This document shows, one piece after another, positions 9,883 through 19,751 of a stretch of DNA of 64,000 nt. Location of the stretch: contig CAWGMQ010000006.1 of the NCBI GenBank assembly GCA_963823665.1, forward strand, positions 128,001-192,000, in the 5' to 3' direction. Numbering within the stretch: the first letter of the stretch is position 1; every line of letters begins with the position of its first letter. This DNA comes from an uncultured Planctomycetota bacterium. GTDB taxonomy: Bacteria > Planctomycetota > Planctomycetia > Isosphaerales > Isosphaeraceae. The translations under genes and the position numbers were made by a program. Under the pieces are notes generated by a model. That model did no database searches. It saw only the letters and a list, made by a program, of their open reading frames with translations, and was not told the origin of the DNA.

Positions 9883-11480
9883 GGCCGTGATTCACCGCTT
9901 GGTCGCTCGGTTAGTGCCGCCGATTCACGCCAGTTCTCCAATAGCCCAGCCGTTGACGCAAACGCGCTTTCCTATTTTGTCCCTTTTTTGCAAAGTACCG
10001 CTCATTCCGCCAGTTTGCCCATCGCTGGGCGCAGTCTCCCTGCGACAACCAGGTTGTGAGCAATTGCAAACAACAATGCGACGGCGCGGCAACGCGGTTG
10101 GCCACGCACGGGCATAAACCAGAATCCTCGATTGCGAGCCTGGGCGTTGACCCACTCGGCTGTTTGGCCTCGCAGCCGGTAGATCAGCTTCGCGGCCTCG
10201 GTCCCCATTCGGATCCGCCAAGCGGCAACTGCTTCGCTGTCGCCCTTCTTTGCGGTGTAGGGATCTTCTCCATTTGCCTGTTTCTTTTTCTCGTCTCTGA
10301 TCGGCCCGTATACGATGCAGCCGCGTTGGGCCGCCTGATCGATCGAGTCCTTGGTCGTGAAGCCACCGTCAACCAATGCCTCATCCGGAATTCGTTCGTA
10401 ACGCTCCTCCAACTGGTCGAGCATGGGCGGAAGTTCTTCGCCATCGTTCCCTGCGTTGGTCACCTCCACACCCACAATCACACCGCTTTCGGTGTCTGTT
10501 GTGAATTGAACGTTATATCCCGGCCGGAATCCTCCGTCTGGAAACTTCATGATCCTCGCGTCGGGGTCGGTGGTCGAAGCACGCGCTTCCCGCCCCTTGC
10601 GGCCGTAGGACTCGTCACGTTCGCGTTGCAGCTCCTCGCACTGCCGCATCGCTTCTTCGATCCGTTGCTGTCGCTTGTTGGCGGCACGCTCCCGCGCCGC
10701 TCGCTGCCGTCGAGTCAGCTCTGCTGTGTCCTCCTCGGCCAGTTTCTTCAGCGCCTCAACCTGCTCCTTCGCCGCTTTCAGGCACTCCTCCAGGCTACCG
10801 CGACGACGAAACGAGCTCTTGCCCGCGCTGGCACGCACTCTCATTCCGTCCTGAGCGACCCGGTCCATTTTCACCAACCCGGCATGGAGCAGGGTGCCCA
10901 CGATCTGCGTGAGCAGTTCGTTCAACTTCTCGCCCCCACAAGCGAGGAAGTGGGACAACATGCTGTGGTTGACGGTTACGCCGCCGCACAGCCACTGGTA
11001 CGGCAGACTCCCTTGGTTCTTTTCGCACAGCCGTTCGATTTCACGGGCGCTGCCGACTCCCTTCAATGTGGCGAAAACCCGCAATCCGACCAGCAAGCGC
11101 GGGTCGGTGGCATCTCGGCCGACATGTCGCTCGACGGCCTTGATCTCGCCGAGCCAGGCCTTCAGATCGAGCTTGCAGACCGCCGCCCAGACGACCCGGG
11201 CCGGATGGTCGGCCTCGAGCAATTCATCGAGCGATGCCCAGCGCATCTCGATCTGGTCGCGTACGGGACACCGCAGCCGCGGCTTGCCAGTTGGCATCGA
11301 CTGGGCAGCCTGGGCGGGAGAGGGCTGATCGGGCAAGTCTTCTGGGCTAAAGAGAGGAAGTGTCATGACGCTCGTCCTGCAACACCGGGGCTGCGTGGGG
11401 CTCATGCGGCGGACTACATGCATGGTATTAGAACGTGAACACTATACAAAATCAACCCCAACGCCGAAAAAATCACAGCC
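9883..11480 (-). mobile_element. IS1182-family insertion sequence
   Basis: Transposase bounded by short imperfect inverted repeats GGCCGTGATT (9883-9892) and AATCACAGCC (11471-11480); the ends are tentative. Confidence 0.7.
10002..11366 (-). CDS. IS1182-family transposase
   Basis: LDELLEADHPAR, YQWLCGG, VAQDGMRVRASA, STTDPDARIMK..G.F.PGYNVQ, LVDGGF, YRLRGQTAE. Confidence 0.88.
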   Translation of the reverse strand: MTLPLFSPEDLPDQPSPAQAAQSMPTGKPRLRCPVRDQIEMRWASLDELLEADHPARVVWAAVCKLDLKAWLGEIKAVERHVGRDATDPRLLVGLRVFATLKGVGSAREIERLCEKNQGSLPYQWLCGGVTVNHSMLSHFLACGGEKLNELLTQIVGTLLHAGLVKMDRVAQDGMRVRASAGKSSFRRRGSLEECLKAAKEQVEALKKLAEEDTAELTRRQRAARERAANKRQQRIEEAMRQCEELQRERDESYGRKGREARASTTDPDARIMKFPDGGFRPGYNVQFTTDTESGVIVGVEVTNAGNDGEELPPMLDQLEERYERIPDEALVDGGFTTKDSIDQAAQRGCIVYGPIRDEKKKQANGEDPYTAKKGDSEAVAAWRIRMGTEAAKLIYRLRGQTAEWVNAQARNRGFWFMPVRGQPRCRAVALLFAIAHNLVVAGRLRPAMGKLAE

Positions 11481-11633
11481 TCGGAGCGAAGGGCGACACT
11501 GGCGGAGCGAGACTGGCGATACTGGCGCCTTGTGTTGGCCGACCCGGGTTCGTTGCCGGGGCACTTTGTCTGGCTCTTTGTGTTAGCGATGAAGATTCAA
11601 GCAGAAGCCTTTCTATATACTGGGAGTGATATC

Positions 11634-13122
11634 ATGATCATGCAGGCAGAAGGCGGACAAACTTCACGGAACCCGAATAGGAGCACAGGGCCCCGGTCGG
11701 CTGAGGGTAAGGACCGCGTAAAATACAACGCTGTGCGCCATGGGCTCTCGGCGCGGAATGTGCTGTTGCCGGGGGCCGACGGAGATGTACGCGTCGCGAG
11801 ACTACGATCATAAACAGCCGCGGACTTCGGCGTCGGGGGAACCTGTTGACGAGGATCGGCCGTTCCGGGTGCTCGCCCAGCTCGAAGCCACGCTGCCGGG
11901 GTGCCAGGTGCTGCTGAAGACGTGGGGCGGGCTGGGGGGCTTGCTCCGAAGGGGACGCGGCTGGCAATCGCGGGATAAGCTCAAGGCGATCCGGCTGCTG
12001 GGTTATCAGCCGCTGTATGCTCTTAGCTCGGACGAGGTTGCGGTGATCTTTCTTGCCGCGCACGTGATCGAGCCTCAGTCTCGCTATGCGTTCCAGGAGT
12101 TGCGATGCGAGATTCCTGACGACCAGTTCAAGCAGTTCAAGGCGAGGGTCGAGCGGCGAGAGTTCGAAGCGATCACGCCGCCGGATGCCACGGCGGCCCG
12201 GGCGGTGCTGCTCGAGATCGTCGACGGGGCCACGGAACGCCTGCGGAAGCTTGAAGCCAAACATCAGAGAGTGGCCGATCAGCTCGAAGCGCTGCAACCG
12301 GAGATCCTGAAGCAGGACCGGAGCAAGTTCGGCGAACAGTACTATCGGCGCTGGGGGAGCTGCGACCGGGCGCACCATCGCCATATCGATGCCATCCACA
12401 AGCTTCGCCGCAATGAGGCACAGGGGTGGGGCACTGTGCGCAGCGAACGACAACAGCGGAGAGAGGCGAGACGGCGGCAAGAAGAGAGAATGCGTGCGGC
12501 TGAAGCCGATCCACGGCTCGTTCTGGACGAGCATGGGACGGTGCGCTATGCGTTTGATTACGAGGGAGATGTGGAGGCAGGGCTGGCGCGGTATGACAAC
12601 CCAAACAAGGCCCCAGCGGACCAGACGGATGCCGCGAGCGGGGCGATTGGTGCGGATGAGCACGTCCGGGGCGTGCCGGATCTTGTGCCGTCGGAACCGA
12701 CGGCTGTTGATGGTGGGTTGCCGTTGGGCGTGGCGGCGCCGCTGGACGCAGGCGGTGTGGAGGTCGGCGTTGAGGCGGTTCAGGACGAGGGCGGGGACGT
12801 GTGTCAGTCCGCTCATGCGGCGCTGGGATTCGAGGGTGACGTACGGGTTGGGAGGGCGGATGGGGGTGATCCCGTAGTCGTTGGTGAGAAAGGAGAAGGG
12901 GCAAATGTACAAAACAAAGTCCCGCCGGTGGCGAGGACGGAGGATGGAGGGCGGAGAGCGGACGATAGGGCGCGGGAGGCAGCGATCGATGAACCCCGGA
13001 GCGTCGCATCGAGTGCGATTGGCATCCCGGGTGCCGAGTCGGATCGGACTGATCCCGTAATTGTTGCGGGGACAGGAGAAGCGCCGAATGTACAAGATGA
13101 AACACGGATCGAACACGGATAA
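11634..13122 (+). pseudogene. Degenerate or frameshifted hypothetical gene of the STGPRT/SxEGK N-terminal family
   Basis: NRSTGPRSAEGKDRVKYNAVRHGLSARNVLLPG in one frame stops at 11813; a helical body with a low-complexity tail continues in another frame to 13122. Confidence 0.55.
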
Positions 13123-13430
13123 TACAATACTTTTTGGCAGCTTTCCGATTGTTGGCGAACTGGGCGCGATTCATTTTCGCCTATTCCACTAGTGAAGGCG
13201 TCGGGTTGCACCCACCCTACGGCGCTGTCCCGACGATGGCCACCGAAGAATTTCGGTCATGTTTGGGCGGGGCTCTTTCGCTGGCGGAGAACGCCTGGCT
13301 AGAATGGTCTGAGGTTTGTCAGGGGCTGGGAGTCCCGAGCCGATTTTACGGGCTGGTGCTGGAGCATGGCGGCCGGCCTGGATCTCACCTCAATTCAATA
13401 ACGACGCACATCGACGGCAGGAGTGAATGT

Positions 13431-14459
13431 ATGGAGCGAGGCTCGAGCTTGCCGGCCAAAGAGCGGATGAGCGAAAACGATGTCCAGGCGATCGATCATC
13501 TGCGGGATGCGTATGCCAAGCTGACCAAGGAACTGGGCAAGGTGATCGTCGGGCAGAAGGACACGATTGAGCGGCTGGCGATCTGTCTGTTTGCCCGCGG
13601 GCATGGGTTGCTGATGGGGGTTCCCGGGCTCGCCAAAACCTTGATGGTCAACAAGCTTGCCGAGACGATGTCGCTCAAGTTCAGCCGGATCCAGTTCACT
13701 CCGGATTTGATGCCGATGGACATCACCGGGACGGACATCTTGCAGGAAACGGCCGGTGGCCTTCGTGAATTTCAGTTTGTTCACGGGCCTGTTTTCGCCA
13801 ATATCGTCCTGGCCGATGAGATCAACCGGGCCCCGCCGAAGACGCAGGCGGCGATGCTCGAGGCCATGCAGGAACAGAATGTCACGGTGGTTGGCAAGCC
13901 GTTTCACCTGGAGGCGCCGTTCCTGGTGCTGGCCACGCAGAATCCGATCGAGCAGGAAGGGACTTATCCGCTGCCCGAGGCGCAGCTCGACCGGTTCATG
14001 TTCCTGATCGAGCTGGATTATCCCAACGAAGAGGAGGAGATCCGGATCGCGCGCACAACCACGGGGGATGCGCTGCCGCAGCTCGAGCATTTGATGACCG
14101 GGGCCGACATCATCCGCCATCAGAGCCTGGTGCGGCGGGTGCCGGTGCCGGACCACATTTACACTTATGCCGCCAAGCTGGTGCGGAAGACGCGTCCGGG
14201 CGGGTCGACGGCACCTGGTTGGCTGAAGCCCCTGGTTTCCTGGGGGGCCGGGCCGCGCGCGGTGCAGTACCTGATCCTGGGGGCCAAGGCGCGGGCGGCT
14301 TTGCTGGGGAGCTACATGGTGCGGCTGGAGGACATTCAGGAGTCAGCCGTGCCGGTGCTCACGCATCGGATCATCACCACGTTTGCGGCGCAAGCGGAGG
14401 GGATTGATTCGAAGAAGATCGTTCGGAGGTTGATGGAGGAAACGGAGGCGGAGCAATAG
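13431..14459 (+). CDS. moxR: MoxR-family AAA+ ATPase
   Basis: GVPGLAKT Walker A, RIQFTPDLMPMDITG, LADEINRAPPKTQAAMLEAM, ATQNPIEQEGTYPLPEAQLDRF; AGGAG RBS. Confidence 0.95.
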   Translation: MERGSSLPAKERMSENDVQAIDHLRDAYAKLTKELGKVIVGQKDTIERLAICLFARGHGLLMGVPGLAKTLMVNKLAETMSLKFSRIQFTPDLMPMDITGTDILQETAGGLREFQFVHGPVFANIVLADEINRAPPKTQAAMLEAMQEQNVTVVGKPFHLEAPFLVLATQNPIEQEGTYPLPEAQLDRFMFLIELDYPNEEEEIRIARTTTGDALPQLEHLMTGADIIRHQSLVRRVPVPDHIYTYAAKLVRKTRPGGSTAPGWLKPLVSWGAGPRAVQYLILGAKARAALLGSYMVRLEDIQESAVPVLTHRIITTFAAQAEGIDSKKIVRRLMEETEAEQ

Positions 14460-15371
14460 ATGTTTCCGGAGCGCAGTTCTCGTAGTTTTCTGGATCCGGG
14501 CGTGCTGGCGCGGCTGGCGGGGTTTCCGCTTTTGCCGCGGCGGCCGATGCAGGGGAACGTCTCGGGACGGCACCCGAGCCCGCATCGCGGCTCGAGCGTC
14601 GAGTTTGCCGAGTACCGGAAATACGTGCCGGGGGACGATCTGCGGCGGCTCGACTGGCGGGCGTTCGGCCGGTCGGACCGCTTCTTCGTCAAGGAATTCG
14701 AGGCCGATACGAACCTGCGGTGCTGCCTGGTGATAGACACCAGCGGGTCGATGGGGTTTGGCACGGTAGGCGTCAGCAAGCTCGAGTACGCGCGGAGAAT
14801 CGCCGCGGCGCTCGGGCAGCTTGCCATTCTGCAGGGCGACGCCGTGGGGCTGGCCTGCGTGGCGGGGGGCATCGTTCGAAATATTCCGCCGCGGCGGAAT
14901 CCTTCGCACTTGATGGCGGTCTTCGACGTGCTCGAGGAGACGGAGCCGCAGGGGCAGACTCAGATTGTCGGGGTGCTGCACGAACTGGCGGAGAGGATCT
15001 CGCAGCGCGCGCTCGTGGTGATCATCTCGGACCTCTTCGTCGAACCGGATGAGCTGCGCTCGTGCTTCCAGCACTTGAGGTTCAGGCGGCACGATACGGC
15101 GGTGTTTCATCTGCTCGACCCGCAGGAGATCGCGTTTGACTTCCGGAGGCCGATGCGGTTTCTGGATATGGAGGGAGGCCCGTCGATCTTTGCCGAGCCC
15201 AATGAGATCGCCGAGCGGTATCAGAAGGCGATCGGCGGCTATCTGGATGGGCTTCTTCAGGTGGTGCGGGAATCGGGGGTCGACTATCACCGGGTGTCGA
15301 TCGACGAGAGCTATGAGCAGTTATTGATCCGATTCCTGGTGGGCAGGACCCGGGTGCGAGGCCGCCAATGA
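14460..15371 (+). CDS. DUF58 vWA-type protein
   Basis: GSSVEFAEYRKYVPGDDLRRLDW, DTSGSM, VIISD; adjacent to moxR. Confidence 0.93.
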   Translation: MFPERSSRSFLDPGVLARLAGFPLLPRRPMQGNVSGRHPSPHRGSSVEFAEYRKYVPGDDLRRLDWRAFGRSDRFFVKEFEADTNLRCCLVIDTSGSMGFGTVGVSKLEYARRIAAALGQLAILQGDAVGLACVAGGIVRNIPPRRNPSHLMAVFDVLEETEPQGQTQIVGVLHELAERISQRALVVIISDLFVEPDELRSCFQHLRFRRHDTAVFHLLDPQEIAFDFRRPMRFLDMEGGPSIFAEPNEIAERYQKAIGGYLDGLLQVVRESGVDYHRVSIDESYEQLLIRFLVGRTRVRGRQ

Positions 15372-17347
15372 GCTTTCTGCAACCGATACTGCTGGCGGCG
15401 CTACCGCTCGTCGCACTGCCGATCATCATTCACCTGATCAACCAGCGCCGGTTTCAGACGGTGAAGTGGGCGGCGATGATGTTTTTGCTGGCGGCCAACC
15501 GGATGTCGCGCGGGTATGCGCGGCTGCGGCAGTGGCTGATCATGGCGATGCGGATGGCGGCGATCGCGACCCTGGTCTTCGCGGTGAGCCGGCCGCTGGC
15601 CGGCGGCTGGCTGGGACTGGCGGCCGGCGGGCGAGCCGATACCACGGTGATCCTGCTCGACCGATCGCCGTCAATGCAGCAGGCGGGAACGGCCACCCGC
15701 GGGACGAAGCTGGAGACGGGGCTCAAGCAACTGGCTGCAACGCTCGAGACGCTGGGCTCGGGGCGGTGGGTCTTGATCGAGAGCACGACGAACCGGCCGC
15801 GCGATCTGGCCTCGGCGGCGGATCTGCTCTCGTCGGCGAGTACGGGGCCGGTGAGCGCCTCGGCGGACTTGCCGGCCATGCTGCTGGCGGCTCGCGACTA
15901 CATCAAGACGAACAAGGCGGGGCGGACGGAGGTGTGGATCTGCTCGGACCTGCGGGAGAATGACTGGAATGCCGCGGGGGGCCGCTGGCAAGTGCTGCGC
16001 GACGGGTTCCTCGAGATCAGCCAGAGCGTGCGGTTTCACTTGCTCGCTTATCCGGAGCTTGCACCCCTAGACCTGGCGGTGCGGGTGACGGACGTGCGGC
16101 GGCGGAAGACGCGCGACGGGGCGGAGCTCTTGCTTTCGCTCAAAGTGACGCGGCAGGAGCAGACGAACGACGTGCAGGCCGTGCCGGTGCAGATCGAGAT
16201 CGATGGGGCACGGTCGGAAGTGACCTTGCAGGTGGCGGGCGAGGCGGAGCTCAAGGACCACCGGATCCCGCTGGAGAAGGGGCACGAGCGGGGCTGGGGC
16301 CGCGTGTCGATTCCGGCGGATGCGAACCCGGCGGACAACGACTACTGGTTCGTGTTCGAGCAACCGGCGCCCAGGCGGACGATCGTGGTCGTGGAAGACC
16401 CGCAGACGGCGCGGCCGCTTTCGCTGGCCGCATCGATTTCGCCTGATCCGGCCCTGCCGTGCACGGCGGAGGTCGTGCTGCAGAGCCAGGCGGCCACGGT
16501 GGACTGGGACCAGGTATCGCTCTTGCTCTGGCAGGCCGCGCTGCCTGAATTGGAGACATCGAAACAGATTCGCGCATTCATCGACCGCGGCGGGTCGGCC
16601 GTGTTCTTTCCGCCGCGCACGCCCGGAGGAGGCGGTGATCTGTTCGGCGTGCGGTTCACTTCCTGGACGGAGGAGAAGGCGGGAATTCCCGTGGTGAGCT
16701 GGCGCGGCGACGAGGACCTGCTCTCGCACACGGCAAGCGGGGCGCCCTTGCCGGTGGGCGCGCTCGAGGTGCGGCGATACTGCGGGCTGGCGGGGGACGT
16801 CACGGCGCTTGCGACCTTGCGCGACGGGCCGCCGCTGCTGGCACGGGCGGCGACGGATCACGGCGCGGTCTACTTCTGCGCGACGACTCCGGCCCCGGCT
16901 GATTCGTCGCTGGCGGCCGGCGGCGTGGTGTTTTACGTGCTGGTGCAGCGAGCGCTGGCCTCGGGGGCGGTCGCGCTGGGAAGCACGAGGCAGCTCATCG
17001 CCGGCGACAAGGGACAGGACCAGACGGTATGGCGACGTGTCTCGGGGGCGGCGGAAGCCCTGTCGACTGACTACGCGTTTCACGCGGGGGTTTATGAGGC
17101 GGGTGCGAAATTGCTTGCGGTGAACCGGGCGCCTGCGGAGGCACTTTCGCCGGTGCTGGGCGATGCGAAGGTGACGGAGCTGTTCCGGGGTCTGGATTTC
17201 GCCCGGGTGGATGATCGCGCGGGCAATTTGAGCTCGTTGATCCAGGAGATCTGGCGGATGTTCCTGGTGACGATGATGGCCGCGATGGTGTGCGAGGCCG
17301 CGCTCTGTCTGCCCAAGATCGCGCGGGCACGGGGGGCTGCGGCATGA
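15368..17347 (+). CDS. BatA N-terminal domain + vWA membrane protein
   Basis: MSFLQPILL..LPIIIHL..WAAMMFL, LLDRSPSM MIDAS-like motif, C-terminal EIWR-TM; ATGA overlap. Confidence 0.9.
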   Translation: MSFLQPILLAALPLVALPIIIHLINQRRFQTVKWAAMMFLLAANRMSRGYARLRQWLIMAMRMAAIATLVFAVSRPLAGGWLGLAAGGRADTTVILLDRSPSMQQAGTATRGTKLETGLKQLAATLETLGSGRWVLIESTTNRPRDLASAADLLSSASTGPVSASADLPAMLLAARDYIKTNKAGRTEVWICSDLRENDWNAAGGRWQVLRDGFLEISQSVRFHLLAYPELAPLDLAVRVTDVRRRKTRDGAELLLSLKVTRQEQTNDVQAVPVQIEIDGARSEVTLQVAGEAELKDHRIPLEKGHERGWGRVSIPADANPADNDYWFVFEQPAPRRTIVVVEDPQTARPLSLAASISPDPALPCTAEVVLQSQAATVDWDQVSLLLWQAALPELETSKQIRAFIDRGGSAVFFPPRTPGGGGDLFGVRFTSWTEEKAGIPVVSWRGDEDLLSHTASGAPLPVGALEVRRYCGLAGDVTALATLRDGPPLLARAATDHGAVYFCATTPAPADSSLAAGGVVFYVLVQRALASGAVALGSTRQLIAGDKGQDQTVWRRVSGAAEALSTDYAFHAGVYEAGAKLLAVNRAPAEALSPVLGDAKVTELFRGLDFARVDDRAGNLSSLIQEIWRMFLVTMMAAMVCEAALCLPKIARARGAAA

Positions 17348-19569
17348 ACGTATCACGGTCGCTCACGTTCATGACCACGCCCTTGGTGGCGGTGATCTCG
17401 ATCATCGCGGTGCTGGCGACCTCGGTCTTCTGCGCGATTGCCTGGCGGCGGAGTGGGTACCGGAAGTCGATGGGACTGCTCGAGCTTCTGCGGCTCACGC
17501 TGGTGACGGTCGTCGCGATCCTGCTCAATCAGCCCGAGTGGATCGAGGAATTCCGGCCCGAGGAGAAACCGGCGATCGCGGTGCTGTGGGATTCCTCGGC
17601 CAGCATGGATACGCGCGATGCGATTGCCGGCGGAGGCACGGCTGCCGCCGGGGCCACCAGCGCGGCGACGGGACAACCGGTCACGCGGCGCGAGGCGATC
17701 GCCAAGCTGACTGCCGATTCGACATGGCAGAAGCTGCGGGAGCGGATGAACGTGGTGATTCAGCCGTTTGCGGAGCCGAAGCCCGGGCATGGCACGGATT
17801 TGAACGACCCGCTCAACCGGGCGCCGCAGAGGATCCAGAACCTGCGCGGGGTTGTGCTGGCTTCCGACGGCGACTGGAACGAGGGGCAGCCGCCGGTGCT
17901 GGCGGCCGCGGCGCTGCGGATGCGGGGCGTGCCCATTTTTGCGGTGCCGGTGGGAAGCCGCACGAGATTGCCGGACGTCGAGCTCTTGAGCCTGGACCTG
18001 CCGACGTTCGGCATCACGGGCAAGTCGGTGCGCGTGCCGTTCTCGATCGAGAGCTCGCTGCCGCGCGAATTCACGACCACGGTGACGATGCGTGCCTCGG
18101 ATGGCGACGAAGTGACCAAGGAAGTGAAGATCTCCGCGATGACGAGGACGAACGACTTCCTGATCTGGAAGCCGAAGAGCGCGGGCGACTTCACGGTGAC
18201 GCTGTCGGTTCCCAAGCACGGCGAGGAGCTTGTTGCCGAAAACAACAAGATGAGTGCACCGATCTCGATCCGGCAGGAGAAGCTGCGGGTGCTGGTGGTG
18301 GAATCGTATCCGCGGTGGGAGTATCGCTACCTGCGCAATGCGCTTTTGCGCGACCCGGGGGTGGAGCTTTCGTGCTTGCTATTCCATCCGGGCCTTTCGA
18401 AGCCGGGGGGTGGAAACAAGGATTACATCAAGGCGTTTCCATCCGGGCGCGACGAGCTTTCCCGGTTCGACGTGGTTTTCCTGGGGGACGTGGGGCTCGA
18501 GGACGGCCAGTTGACGAGCGAGCAGTGCCACCTTTTGCGCGGTCTGGTCGAGCACCAGGCGAGCGGTCTGGTGTTCATGCCGGGGATGCAGGGGCGGGAG
18601 CTTTCGCTGATGGAATCGGAGCTGGGGGATTTATGTCCGGTCGTGATGGACTCGACGCAGCCGAGCGGGTGGGGCTCGCGGATCGCGAACCATTTCGAGC
18701 TGACGGAGCTGGGCCGGCGCAGCCTGCTGACCAAGCTCGCGGATACGCAGGACGACAATGCCGAGGTGTGGGAGGGGCTGCCGGGCTTCCAGTGGTATGC
18801 GCCGGTGCTGCGGGCCAAGGCGGGTACCGAGATCCTGTGCGTTCACAAGGATGCGAGCAACCAGTTCGGGCGGCTGCCGCTCTTGGTGACGCGAACGTTT
18901 GGCGCGGGCAAGGTGCTGTTCATGGGGACCGACGGCGCCTGGCGGTGGCGGAAGGGCGTCGAGGACAAGTATCACTACCGGTTCTGGGGCCAGGTGGTGC
19001 GGTGGATGGCCTATCAGCGCAATATGGCCAAGGGCGAGACGATGCGGCTGTATTACGTGCCGGACCAGCCGAAGCTCAACCAGACGCTGGCCCTGCACGC
19101 CAATGTGATGGAGCAAGGCGGGGAGCCGCTCTCCGGCGGTGAGGTGACTGCGCGGATCACGGCGCCTTCGGGCAAGTCGGAGCTGGTGCGGATGGTCTCG
19201 ACGGGTGAGGAATGGGGCGAATTCACGGGCCACTTCACGGCGCTCGAAGCGGGGAGCCACAAGGTCCGGCTCTTTTGCAAGGAGACCGGGGCGACGCTTG
19301 ACGCGACGTTCTTCGTGCAGGGAACGGCCGCCGAGCAGCCGGGAAAGCCGGCGAGGCCGGAAGTGATGGAGGAGCTGGCGCGGGTGACGCAGGGGAAGGT
19401 GGTGGAGGCCTCGAAACTCGACCAGGTGGTGCGGTCGCTGGAAGAGCTGCCGGAGCCGCCGCCCTTGGTCCGCCGGGTGCCACTCTGGTGCCATCCGGTG
19501 ACGGCCGCCTCATTAATTGGGTTGCTCGGCGTCTTTTGGGTGGGACGGAAGGTGATTGGTCTTGTATAA
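17344..19569 (+). CDS. Membrane-anchored vWA / glutamine-amidotransferase-like domain protein
   Basis: N-terminal TMs, WDSSASM, SDGDWN, PRWEYRYLRNAL, GAWRWR..FWGQVVRW, C-terminal TM. Confidence 0.85.
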   Translation: MNVSRSLTFMTTPLVAVISIIAVLATSVFCAIAWRRSGYRKSMGLLELLRLTLVTVVAILLNQPEWIEEFRPEEKPAIAVLWDSSASMDTRDAIAGGGTAAAGATSAATGQPVTRREAIAKLTADSTWQKLRERMNVVIQPFAEPKPGHGTDLNDPLNRAPQRIQNLRGVVLASDGDWNEGQPPVLAAAALRMRGVPIFAVPVGSRTRLPDVELLSLDLPTFGITGKSVRVPFSIESSLPREFTTTVTMRASDGDEVTKEVKISAMTRTNDFLIWKPKSAGDFTVTLSVPKHGEELVAENNKMSAPISIRQEKLRVLVVESYPRWEYRYLRNALLRDPGVELSCLLFHPGLSKPGGGNKDYIKAFPSGRDELSRFDVVFLGDVGLEDGQLTSEQCHLLRGLVEHQASGLVFMPGMQGRELSLMESELGDLCPVVMDSTQPSGWGSRIANHFELTELGRRSLLTKLADTQDDNAEVWEGLPGFQWYAPVLRAKAGTEILCVHKDASNQFGRLPLLVTRTFGAGKVLFMGTDGAWRWRKGVEDKYHYRFWGQVVRWMAYQRNMAKGETMRLYYVPDQPKLNQTLALHANVMEQGGEPLSGGEVTARITAPSGKSELVRMVSTGEEWGEFTGHFTALEAGSHKVRLFCKETGATLDATFFVQGTAAEQPGKPARPEVMEELARVTQGKVVEASKLDQVVRSLEELPEPPPLVRRVPLWCHPVTAASLIGLLGVFWVGRKVIGLV

Positions 19570-19614
19570 TCCTGCTTGATGTCTGGGGGGATGCGCTTTT
19601 CGTGGTGGAAAAGA

Positions 19615-19680
19615 AATCGTCAGGCTGAAGCCTGACCTACTCTAACTGGAATTGAATCGTCAGGCTGAATCCTGACCTAC
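19615..19680 (-). repeat. Tandem pair of REP-like palindromes
   Basis: AATCGTCAGGCTGAA(G/T)CCTGACCTAC at 19615-19640 and 19655-19680; hairpin GTCAGGC..GCCTGAC with GTAG at the 5' end on the minus strand. Confidence 0.8.
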
Positions 19681-19751
19681 GGCGCGGATGTGTTGTCCGT
19701 GCAATTTTTCCTGATACGCACCGGGAAGGCCGGCGCGATTGTGAGGTCGAC

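Noticed and set aside
10056..13174. Long antisense ORFs (e.g. 10056..11438 +, 11638..13116 -; likewise 29076..30584, 33307..34671, 36762..38447)
   Set aside because: Shadow ORFs of GC-rich genes on the opposite strand, with no recognisable motifs
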